Assembly (NCBI GenBank): GCA_002633005.1
Contig: NMRA01000002.1
Location: forward strand, 3,058,228 to 3,122,227
Length of the DNA stretch: 64,000 bases
Origin: Phoronis australis
Lineage: Eukaryota > Animalia > Phoronida
Direction of reading: 5' to 3'
Shown: piece by piece, positions 1 to 11,235 of the stretch
Layout of the letters: every line of letters begins with the position of its first letter
Numbering within the stretch: the first letter of the stretch is position 1
Notes under the pieces: model-generated
Told to the model about the DNA's origin: nothing
The model's input: only the letters and a program-made list of their open reading frames with translations
Databases searched by the model: none
Program-made: the position numbers and the translations under genes

Positions 1-289
1 GTTGCTTCCGTCGCACTCAGTTTTCAATATGTGTGTCGTAACGATGTTGTTCACTGACGTGGCTGGGTTCAGGGTCAACATACAATGTCGAAGTGAAGCA
101 GGTTCTGAGTATTGAGGGTTACGCTTGGTGTAAAATCATGCATATGACTTTCTGAAGCTATACGACAGGCTCTAGATGAGGAATAGTAATTCACTTCGTG
201 ATGCAGCCCTTACCGGTAACTTTTATTCCCAACAAAATGACGAGATATGCCACAAATCGCTAAGAAACTGGTCACAATTTGATTCTTTC

Positions 290-520
290 CATGCGCGCAC
301 CCAGTGGCGAAGTGGGCAAAAAGGTCCGCCTCAGTGATACAAAAAGTCCCAGAACACGAGATAAAAGTCCACTAAAAAGGTGCAAAACGCACAATTCACA
401 GCACGTACAGCTCCGATAGTGGTACTGTTTTTTTTCTTAGTCGACCAACAAATTTGTTACTAAAAGGTCCACATCGCCAAGAATTCGAGCTCCCCATATT
501 GAAGGCTGGGTGCGCGCATG
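290..520 (+). mobile_element. MITE with TIR CATGCGCGCACCCAG
   Basis: Perfect 15-bp TIR; interior homologous in reverse orientation to 35057-35306 and 37748-37908. Confidence 0.8.
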
Positions 521-1207
521 CTCTCTTCGAGTGTGCTTTGGCTTGTTAAGAGCTGCTGTTAACTAAAATGAATAAACAGTTCAGAAGTCCCTTCTAGTTC
601 ACTGAGACCAGTTTTATTACTTTACATGGATTAAATCTGAAGTTGTTTGACAGATGGCGAATTAATAACAACTTAAATATAAAAGAGACAAAGTAATTTA
701 AGGAGAGTATTATCATTGAATTTTGAATTTCAGACTATTTTAAATTTTTCTGAAATGTATTAGCCTTAATTCTGCATTTAGACTTGTTGAAAAATGAAAA
801 TAATGAATCGAAAATTGCAAAGTTGTCATTTCGAAATTTTCTTTGAAAAATCATGTACCATTGATTACCACACAGCACACTCGAATGCTTGTTTACGCTA
901 AAGTATCCAATAAAACCCATATGAGGTATAACCTCAAATTGGTCCATAATAACAACGGTGCAAAAATCACCGTCAAAGCAGGTTGCCAAATTGTTTTTTA
1001 TTAGTAATGTTACATCAGATCTTACCCTCTGGTATCTTTTCTTTGTCAAAGATACCAGGTCTCATTAAAACTGTCAATATTCAATTTTGTAGCAAATCGC
1101 CACCTTGTGACTTCCTGGAAAACTGTGTACAAGTATAACCAGGAAAAGAAACAATTTATAAATAAAATGCGGTTTTAAAGAAAACACCACAGCTGATATA
1201 CTTAAAA

Positions 1208-1363
1208 ACAAATGTGAACAAATAGAAAACCCTAGTAATTCCAAATATTAAGCAAGCGTTATTTGATAGTGAAATGAACAAATAGTACAAATGTGAACAT
1301 ATAGAAAACCCTAGTAATTCCAAATATTACGCAAGTGTTATTTGATAGTGAAATGAACAAATA
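1208..1363. repeat. Tandem duplication, 2 x 79 bp
   Basis: acaaatgtgaaca..gaaaaccctagtaattccaaatatta..gtgaaatgaacaaata at 1208 and 1287. Confidence 0.93.
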
Positions 1364-3615
1364 ATAAAAACTGTGCCAATTTAATGAAACATATCATCTT
1401 TAAGTAAAACTAGCTAATTGCATGCTCGGATTTTCAGTGAAAATTGAGGAAAAACGAGTACAGAACACGTTTGAGTTTATTTCCTGAGCCATGTATGGAT
1501 CGAAATTTATGAAATTACACAGTTGTGAATCTTAAACAAATGAGTTTCAAAATCTTCCCACGATCTTCCTTTAATTTTATGATAACATCACTTTTTGAGA
1601 TGCAAGTGAAAATATGGCTGAAAATATGTATTTGCCAAATCTCAAACCAATAAACTAGCTTCATGCTTGTTATCGTGTATTGAGAGAAAACGGGGTTTTG
1701 GATAAAAATGCAATTTAAAAAAAAATGATTCACAATCATTTTCCCTTACTTTTTCTCAAGTTTTGAGTCAAGGTTAACATGATGAAATTTTACTTATTTT
1801 AAAAAAGCTCATGGAAAAACGATCAGCTTTTCTACTCCGTTAAGGGGTACTATCGGCGAGAACACTACTCAGTAGTCCGAGATCCCCGCGGTCGCAGCCT
1901 AACAGTCATTAAATGGCAGAGCGGCTATTTAGCTGGTAAAGTCAACTGCCTTGATTTCAGCGAAAGCCAGGACAACGGCGAGAATTAGGGATTTGTAATA
2001 AAATCACAAAAACACAATGAATGGTGTTATATTGCTCTGGTCAAAGCAAAGTAACTCCGAAAACTCTATCCTGTCCAACGATAATCTCGGCCCTAAACAC
2101 ATTAGAAGTGTTTTCATGTTCTATGTAATTACCGGCTGCACTTCATGCGCCGCCAGACGGCAGCACAGAGTTTTGGTTCAACGTGGTTGGGTTCATTTCT
2201 CATTCGAGAGTATTTTATCTAGTTTTATCTCACATCCACCCTATAAGCGGATTCGGGGGGGGGTGTTGGGGGCGTCGGGCCTGGACTCTCCTTTGGACAT
2301 GACGAAAATAAAAAAACGTCAGCATTCCGTTTTCGGCGCTAAGTTTCCACCTAAAATTTCGGTCTGGCTCCCCCACCCCGGCCCGGCGTCATTCCAGATC
2401 CCTAAAATAAACCTATCCAAGGGAACAGATTACCCTTGAAGCAGGTTAAAAGAACCTTTTGAGCCCAGTTCCTTTAAACTCATTTCTATTCCGGAATAAG
2501 TGTCCTCTCGTGTCCTACAAAGCGCCAACAGCTCGTTTTTAGGTTGGACTTGAAATTAATTTTCTCCAGTGTCTGTGAAATCGCCCAGGGCTGGTGCTGA
2601 CCCAGAAAACCTCGATAGCTTCGGTTCGTGTTAGACATCTCAAGAGTACTGGACCGGCCAAAGTCTAAAACAAGCAACTATGACGAGCCAATGTTACGAA
2701 AATTTTTAATTTGTTTTTGTCCACAGTTTTGAAATGGGAGTTTTCAAACTATTTTTTTGGCCAAACTCTGTGTGGACAGCATTACTGTTTGATTTCAATT
2801 CGTGAACAAATTCAACTCTCAAGAACAGCGCAGCCGAAAGCAAGGTTCAGTATTCTAATCAATATGTGAAGTCGTGAAACACGTCTAGCGTATGTGGAGT
2901 AGTTTTTAGATATACGAACATTTTGTTTCCTTGTACAAATAATAAGCCTGTATGTGCGTCGCTGGGAGGTATAATTAATAAAAAAGCTTAGACATTTTCT
3001 GGTAGACTGGCGTTACATTTCCACAAAGAGTTACATTAATGTTTGTTATCAAAACAAAGAGATAAGTGTATTCGAGACCGATGAACCAATTTTAACATCT
3101 ACCCGGATCTCTTGATAAAAACTATCTCGTGTCGGAGGTGCAAGCATGGTTTCTTGCACCCTGAGCCTCCGTGCAATCAGTCTCTGAGCATAGACGCGTC
3201 TGTCATAGTAATTTCCCTAATTCTTTTCATAGGTAAACTGTCTTGGTAACTCGACCACAGCAATCTCAGCGAGACTCGTCCAAGGTAAACAGCTATTGGG
3301 CCATCGCACATGGGGGAGGCTTGCGCATGTGCACTAGAAATCGATGGTCACTTCTTACTACGCATGAGGATGAGTGCACCATTCGCCTCGGAGCAGACGG
3401 CGAGTTCCCATCAACGCGCCGCACGTTTCATTACAAGTATTGATAAATACATACAGATGTTTTGATTTGAAGGCCAAGGAGAATCATTAACTAAACCAAC
3501 TGTCTGTTTGGATTACTTGTACCTAGGGCGGACCGTGGAATTGTGCTATGTCGAACTTGGTCTCTAAATAAGTCACCGAAACTTCTACTTTAGCTACAAT
3601 TATCACAGGAAACGG

Positions 3616-4726
3616 ATGGAGTGGAACGAGACATTTCCCACTCTTGTCGGATTATTGGCAAATTGTTCTCAGGACCCGACGATTGTAAACGTCCAGAAAA
3701 ATTGTACGGAACCCAGTTTGCGGTATAATTTATCGTCGATGAAGTTTTCCACAAGTAAACCAGGTTTTGTAAATAACAGTAATGGTGCTTTCAACTTCTC
3801 ATCGAACAATACCGAGAAAGATCCGCTGAAAGATTTGGATGTACCGTTTGCCATTATCGTTGGTATTATACTAGGCGTTATAATACTACTGGTTATTTTA
3901 GGCAATGTCTTAGTATTACTCGCCGTATTTGTGAATTCGCATTTGAGAACAACCACAAATTTATTTATTATAAGCCTCGCTAGTGCCGATTTGTTGCTGG
4001 CTACTACGGTACTACCATTTTCAGCCAGCCTGGAAGTAATTCACGTCTGGGTTTTCGGAGAAACCTTCTGTGACATTTGGGCGTGTATCGATGTGTTGTG
4101 TTGCACGGCCTCCATTCTCAGCTTGTGCGCAATATCAATAGATCGTTACATCGGCGTGACAAAGCCTTTAAGGCATTCAGCCATTATGACACAGCGTCGA
4201 ACCATTTGGTTCATTGTCTGCATCTGGTTTTTATCCGCAGCCATAAGCATCGGTCCACTTATTGGATGGAAGGAGACCCCTGTAGAACCAGATCCCTACT
4301 CGTGTTCCGTCAATAAACAAGTTGGATATGTATTATTCAGTGTCGCAGGCTCGTTTTACATTCCAGCATTCATCATCATCTTCGTGTACCTGCGAATCTA
4401 TCGTGAGGCGGCGCGACAATCGAAGTCTATTGCCCGGGGGTTCATTACAACGGATAAACAAGAAAGGGCCCCCCTGACAATGCGTGTGCACTCTGGCAGA
4501 CTCAAGAAATTTACCTTGAAAGGTAACAAGAAATCTGGTGCGCATAAAAACGGCAATAATAAAAATGAGGTTAAAAAGAAAGCGGTTAAAAAACCTAACT
4601 CAAAAACGCCGCTTTCAAGCAGAATTGCCAAATTTAACAGAGAGAAAAAGGCAGCAAAAACTCTGGGAATAGTAGTTGGAGTGTTCCTGATTTGCTGGTT
4701 TCCGTTCTTCTTTCTCCTTCCCTTAG
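3616..4726 (+). CDS. ADRA1: Alpha-1 adrenergic receptor-like GPCR, coding exon 1 (N-terminus to end of TM6)
   Basis: Class A aminergic motifs: GN (TM1), LASAD (TM2), CDIWACIDVLCCTASILSLCAISIDRYIGV (TM3, D3.32, DRY), YVLFSVAGSFYIP (TM5), KFNREKKAAKTLGIVVGVFLICWFPFF (TM6). These closely match vertebrate alpha-1 adrenoceptors as recalled. Consensus donor G|GTGAGT at 4727, phase 1. Seven N-glycosylation sequons in the N-terminus. Confidence 0.9.
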
Positions 4727-7166
4727 GTGAGTACTCTTTGCGTTATAAAATCAGGTGAGATCAACGTTTCCAATCATTCGATGAGTTGCATTCAGTGTTA
4801 AGGATTGAGCTCCTTGGACGTTAAAAGATATCAATGTGTCCCATTTCTTGCTAATGTCGCCCCATCAAGTTCTTCCCAACAGTCTATCATAGCTCTGAAC
4901 GTACCCCGTGAATCTTAGTAAAAGGTCCGCATTCTCAAAAAGTCGAGCCCCCTATTTTTTTAGGCTGGGTGCACATGGCCATTGTTACGTTACATTTTAA
5001 GATTACTGTACAAGATAGATTGTCGCTTGATAACCTGATACTGCGCGCACACAAGGTCAACAGTGTATGGGAAGATATTTTCGTCTCACAGAAACCAAAG
5101 GACTTAATCGTTTGTTTCACCAAAGTTCACCAATAATCCGAATTTTTCGAATTTTGATATTTGAACGTTGTGGTCCGTGCCAAGTAAAATGACAGGGAAC
5201 GTAAAATACACAGAAGATAAATAGATTGGGCGCATTGATGGCCCTTAAAATTCCGTGTGCAAAACTTTCAAAAGGGTGATTTGCAGGGCAGCTTGTTTTT
5301 AAGGAACACACATTGAGTCCAAGGTTTGCTCCGGCTAACTATTCAAGTGAGTCTTTTCTGAACTCAGTGATAAAAGTGCATTGCATTCACAATTAGCTTT
5401 GTATGCGTGTAGGGCAAGCAGCTGGCATGCTGCAACATTCCTAATACTGTAAACGAGGCACCGATACTGTACAACTTATGTATCTGAGCAAAACATTTTG
5501 TTTGCTTTAGAGTGGCGCAAAAACATATTTCGAATGCTCTCTAGTAGGTCCTAGTATGACGATTTCTAAAATTATTCGCTTAACTTCATAAAAGTGTCCT
5601 CATAAACATTTCTTAACATGGTAGGATTCAATTTCCACTTCCAGAAAGAACATGGAAAACATCAGTTACTCCAGAAAACGCTTCAGAGTTTATCGGAGTT
5701 GGTCAACCCTAAAATTGAGAGTTCGAACACGGTGCATATACGCATTGCGCGTGACTTGAGCTGTTAACGGAAATAGATTCGTATGGTTGAAAGAAATATG
5801 AGACGATTTTATGAGAATAAAAGACCTGATTCGATTTTCGTTTTTCAAGCAGCTAAACAGGAAGAAATGCAGTTTTGAGTTACAAACTAGAAATACATGT
5901 ACCGGCCTTAAACTAGGCGTATTATCCGAGACTATTCAATGTCAGATCTACGTTTTCAGTAAGGGGAGTTTATGATTCGCGCGAATCCGAGACGCGTAGC
6001 GCCGAGTGGGGGGAGGTCTAAAGGGGGTTCCCCCTCCCGTGTAAGATTTTGTTTGGTTTTTGTAGCTGATTTCGTTTTCCTGGCCACGTTTTCTGTTTTA
6101 ATTTTTATTTTTGATCCTATCCCTGGGGGATTAAACCCCTGAAGCCCCCCCCCGTAGATCCGCCTCCGCTATATCATTCGGAAGGTTCTTCACTATAGCT
6201 TTTCACGATACAAATAGCTGAGAATATTGAAAATAAGTGTATCCAGAGCATCACCTTCAAGCATCTCTCAAATGGTGCTCGTGTAGGCGCAAATGGCGCA
6301 AATTCAACTACAGGCGCTTGGACACGAATACGCTCATATTTGGTGAAAAAGCCTGAAGCCAGTGTCTGGTGCATTTTCATTTGTCGGGATTAAGGTTTTT
6401 GAGACGATCGCTACACTTGATTAGGACTGGTTGCGCTGTTGTTTGTTCATGGAAACGCTTCCCATTGTAAGTTCTTGGGCTTCGGATCTATTAATGAATT
6501 TTTAGTGCCTGTTATCACGTCTGATTATTTTCAAGTGGATAGTTTTGCACGCGTAACATTGTCGATTTAGTGTTGATATAAAGTTTGTTTTTAATTCTGA
6601 GTGATACCAAGTACGTGGCTGTGTAGCTGTCAGCTGTTGATAACGATATTTGAACTCTGAAGAGCGGCCTCTACATTGCCTCGAGCCTACACTGTGCGTG
6701 TTGAATAAGACTACTAGAATACTCAACTCGTCTTATGTACGTCTGCCTTGCATTGTCACGATTATGTTCGCTTAGCCATTTTGCGGAGTTTCTAACCGAA
6801 TGGCTAGTGTTTGCTTAACGCACTGGCGATTCAATTTAACTAATTAATTTATCAAGAGGTGTATACATAAATATAAATACAAATATGTATGAATATGTAA
6901 ATATAAGTGCATATATTTTCGACAAATAGAGGAATTTACATGTTTTACTCACAGCGCCTCCTCGTAGTGTGACGTCACAAAATAAACACCATGGGTGCGT
7001 TCGGTGAAGCAACATTAAAATTGGACTCTAGTTTGGCGAATAGGCGGCAAAGATACAAATTAAATCGTTTTTCGTATGTTATACCTCGAAACAAACCATT
7101 ATCTTTGATGTCTATATTTCGGGTAACCTCGAAAAATTTTTATCGAGGTTCTTATAAGAAAAATAA

Positions 7167-7548
7167 CAAGCATTGGGCCTGCAAATACATCTTACGCGTC
7201 TTACGCACGAACCTATGAATCATGCACACGAACTCATGAATCATACATACGAACGAAAATCACGCATACTAACATAAAAATGCGCACAAAGAACAAAAAT
7301 CACACATACGAACACACATCAAACGCACGACCATCCGAATCATACGCACGAACCACCCGGCTATCAGTGTTCGCGCGTGTGTTTCGATGCTCGGGTGTAT
7401 GATTTTGTGTTCGTATGTATGATTTTTGTGGTTCGTGCGCATATTTTTTGTTCGTATGCGGGATTTTTGGGTTCGTATGCATGATTCATGGGTTCGTATA
7501 TATGATTCATAGGTTCGTTGGCGGTTCGTGCGTAAGATGCGATGCTTG
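7167..7548. mobile_element. Foldback/MITE with arms made of ~21-bp sub-repeats
   Basis: Left arm repeats of the type acgaac..atgaatca; right arm tgattcat..gttcgt. Termini CAAGCAT/ATGCTTG; no clear TSD. Confidence 0.75.
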
Positions 7549-10500
7549 TGTGAATGATTCTATGGCACCCCTGAAATACATATTCTACGACATCTTGTCT
7601 TGTCTACGGACTCCCGGGTGCTTGAGCTTGCCAGTACGTGTATTTTTGAATGTGAAAAGTTTACATAAACTTTTTGGTGTAACCTTCGGTAAGCTTTCAG
7701 CCGGTCGTGATCAACATTCCCATGTAACTATGCATGCTTCTCTATTTGTATACATGCAAGTACCGACTCAGAAGTCAACTTGAGAGTATGCCGCCCGAAG
7801 CGGTCGTGACGTTGGTTCGAATTTATTTACACCTGCCAACTTTGATTTAATACATATATTAATGCGAAATCAATCGCGCTCGGCTTCAATGAAATATCGA
7901 CCGACTGCTGAAACATACGCTAATTATCTGTGTCATTTAGAAAAAACAAATGAATTTTCAAGTAGGCCAGGCAGGAAATCCCACACTGTAGTCTCTATTG
8001 ACGTTTCGTTTCACGTGTATTTCCTTGAACGTGCCTGCTCGGCGAGAAATAAACTCTTACCAAGCATACATTAGTACAAGGGGACCCCACACCCCGTGGT
8101 TTAAGTGTGAATCTTCAGCTGCAAATTACACAGTCTGCTATGTGGTTGACATCCCGTTGTAAAATGCTATTGACAACTCTGCTACCGGTTGTTGATAGAA
8201 AAGTTTACCTACTGGGCACCGTTTCACGTAGTTATCCGGTTTAAGACATCTGAGGTATCAGTGACGTCTTCACGTGCCACACTACGTTTTTATAGTTAAG
8301 TTTGTTGGAGAAAAGCAGGCAGCATTAGAATTCGATACCAAACAAAAGTGAGGCAGCACGAAAGTGAACCTATTTGAAATTGAACACTGGTCCCGTCTCC
8401 TCTTTTAAATGCATAATAAACAAATTTACAGGTACGCCACACTTCAGTTTATACAATGCAGTTGTTGTCCCAGCGAAACGGCTGGTAGGACAATTAGGTC
8501 ATTCCATTGAAGTTGCACTATAAGACTTGTTAAACAGCAATTAACAATAAAATTTAGATTACCAGGGTTGTGTTTTAGTGGAAATATCTCCGAAATGTTC
8601 ACTTGACCTTTTTGTTCAAGACTGAAATAAATTACATGGAATGGGTACCCAGGTCTGTAGTGAAGGATTTGCTCTGGCGTAGTTGTTTTTCTGAAAACCG
8701 AAAATGATTTCACTCTTCCCCGTAAATCCATTAAACATTCGTGTTATTAGCGTTCACCTAATTTCAACTGGCCCTTGCTCCTCGCTGTGATAGGCAAGGA
8801 CGATAAATACGGCAAGATATTTGTTCTGTAATGTGCTTATGTTAAAACATTAAATATCTTCACAAGCCCCAACGGCAATACGTTCTTTTCCTTCATTTTA
8901 ATTGAACTTGGTTTCAATAAATCTCCCGGAATAATCTTGACGGCCATTCTGCTTTGGGGACTGGAACTATCCCTCCGTGGCAGGCCTGGTCGGAAGCAAT
9001 AAGCGACCTATCAGTTTTTCTCAAGCTTGTAAGTCGTCTCTAGTTTGAGTAAGGAACGAGACGAGACGGATTTTATTACAGTGAGTGGCCAAAATCAAAA
9101 GATTTTGTCAAACGCATTGTTTTATTCACTTGACAACGTGACTGATTCAGCACCACACTCAAGACTCGTGGTCGTACTTTCTAGACAGTTGTCACTCAAT
9201 ATCCACTGACAACTACACCAATGATGATAACGAACAACCGTAATCATTCAACTATTTGAAAGATGCGATATCAACAGTTAGATATCCACAGTGTTGGTTC
9301 GGTAATTTCATGTCGAGACTAACAGCCGGAAGGAAAAATTGTCTGTCTTCGCAGAGGTGCAATCATAAGACAGGTGTGAAAGTCACTGGTTGTATAAGCT
9401 TCCTTTGACAATTCTGAAAGGCCCTCCTTAGTCGTACAACTTGACTGCGCATCGCCTGCAGCTTTGACTTGAAAACAATATCATCATGCGAACGCCGTCT
9501 CCTGCACGTATCTCAGTGTTCTGTCTCTGTACGTTCAAACAAGGTGTTGCGCACAATGGTTGAAGCGTTCTAAGCCTTGTTCGAAAATCTCTAAGCCATA
9601 TTTAAAATATTGAGCCATGTCTGAAAAGCCTGAATTTTGTCTGCTTTACAAGATCAATGATTGAAATATTGTTGCATAGTAGCACTTATGTTTATTTGCC
9701 ATAGAAATGACAGGGACATATACATTGTGTAACTATAGTTGATTCTGGAATTACCCGAAAGGTGATTAGGAAAGCAAAACTCGACGCACAAATTTGCACC
9801 GTGTTTAAAGTTTTGCTCAAGGAGAACCCTATATCCGGTGGTCTCTTTGTATTCACGGAAATTTCTGCCACTTACTGTCAAAATATAGAAACCTTTAATT
9901 ATGACAGTTGACCAAGTCAAATTGGACTATATGTTCTTACAATTGGCTTCATCTTTCAACATGAATTCAGAGAGCCAGGGTGAATGAACCGGAGTGGCCC
10001 TTGTTTGGAAGTGCCGGTAGTGAATATAATTACATCTAAAAGACTGTTTGGGGATTGTAGGCTGGGATAAATACACTGTCAGTGTTCATCTTGTAACTGC
10101 AACTGGTGAACCCAGTTCAGTTGTAGGTGACGACGCTCTTTGTATGCTATACTTACTAAGAGCTACTTTACTTCGTTGTTGGCTGAATAGAGAAAACAAG
10201 GCACACCAAATAACAGTGAGATTTATCGTTTATGTCGGATATTTAAAATTGTTCTTCAATTAATCTAAAAGTTTAAAATTGTTTACAACATGTCAGTCTC
10301 ACGGTGTACGACGACAAAAAGGAAGTTTTTAAACATTTCGAGTATAACTTGTTGCTTTCGATCGAAAGTGTAGCCAAGCAGATTTGTAAAAGTCACCAAC
10401 ACATATGAAATGATTACAATATTCAGGAAACCATGAATTTACAAACTCCGTCTATAAGACTCTCGATGGGATTATTGTAACGGCTTGAGCGTAAAAATTG

Positions 10501-10945
10501 CATTTCAAGTTTTGATTAACACGGGACCTAACTAATCGGCTGGAATTGTGTAAGCAAACGAAACTGGGTTGCACTTTAGTGTAGGCCTAAACCAAGCTGG
10601 GTGTGTAGGGTGTCCGCTGTTTCATTAAAGATCGTGCGAACGATTGTACAACAGATGGCGCTTAGCTTGCAAACACGACGCTTTGTTGTTGTATTAAAAA
10701 GTTGTCTCTACATCGAATTTCCCCTTGAGCCTGCTTTTAGCTATGCCATACACCAAACATACAAAATTCAACAGTTTGTTGATGAGACGATCCGCTGTTG
10801 ATTTTGTTACTTTAGTTCGACCAGCCTCTCGCATGCACGCTTGACATGTATCCTGCTTTGATGGCGCACCATTTACAATCAGTATGAAGCTTCCTTAAAG
10901 ATTAGTTATTTATACAACCGGTGTTTTAGGCCAAATGGTCAATAG

Positions 10946-11235
10946 AGATGTGATGATGGACGCTTTAAAGAACATACTTACTTTAATACGAGCAAACACA
11001 CGTTTCGGTTAGGACTTAAATCATCGTCAGTACTGACAGGTAGAATCATAGGAGACACTTACATTAGAAGTCCATACAGTCAAAGTCTTAGAGTGAAAAG
11101 AGTCGTTGATTGTGTAGACTTCTAATATATATAATTCCTATGATGCTGTCTATCAGCACTGACTATGGTTGAAGTTCTAACGTTTGTTTGTACACGTTTA
11201 TGTAACTATGCTGAATAAAGCGTTCAAAATCATCT
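10946..11235. mobile_element. Imperfect ~290-bp palindrome made of two inverted hammerhead-like (Penelope pLTR-derived) copies
   Basis: Arms pair end to end (gacgcttta/taaagcgtt; tcatagga/tcctatga; ttagaagtc/gacttctaa). Minus strand near 11030-10998 reads CTGACGA-T..AACC-GAAA-CGT. The + arm has a degenerate CTGACTA-T-GGTT..AAC copy lacking GAAA. Confidence 0.55.

Noticed and set aside
735-1130. Minus-strand ORF weakly resembling a LINE endonuclease
   Set aside because: Motifs too degenerate to support without a search.
3669-4631. Antisense and alternate-frame ORFs overlapping the GPCR exon (likewise over the SLC52 exon)
   Set aside because: Shadow ORFs of real coding sequence with no recognisable motifs.
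8444-8930. Minus-strand segment with a QWNDL motif reminiscent of a CR1/L2 3' end
   Set aside because: Single short motif; insufficient evidence.
10045-10214. TG...CA bounded segment resembling a solo LTR (similar one at ~10604-10712)
   Set aside because: No target-site duplication, primer-binding site or second copy in the window.
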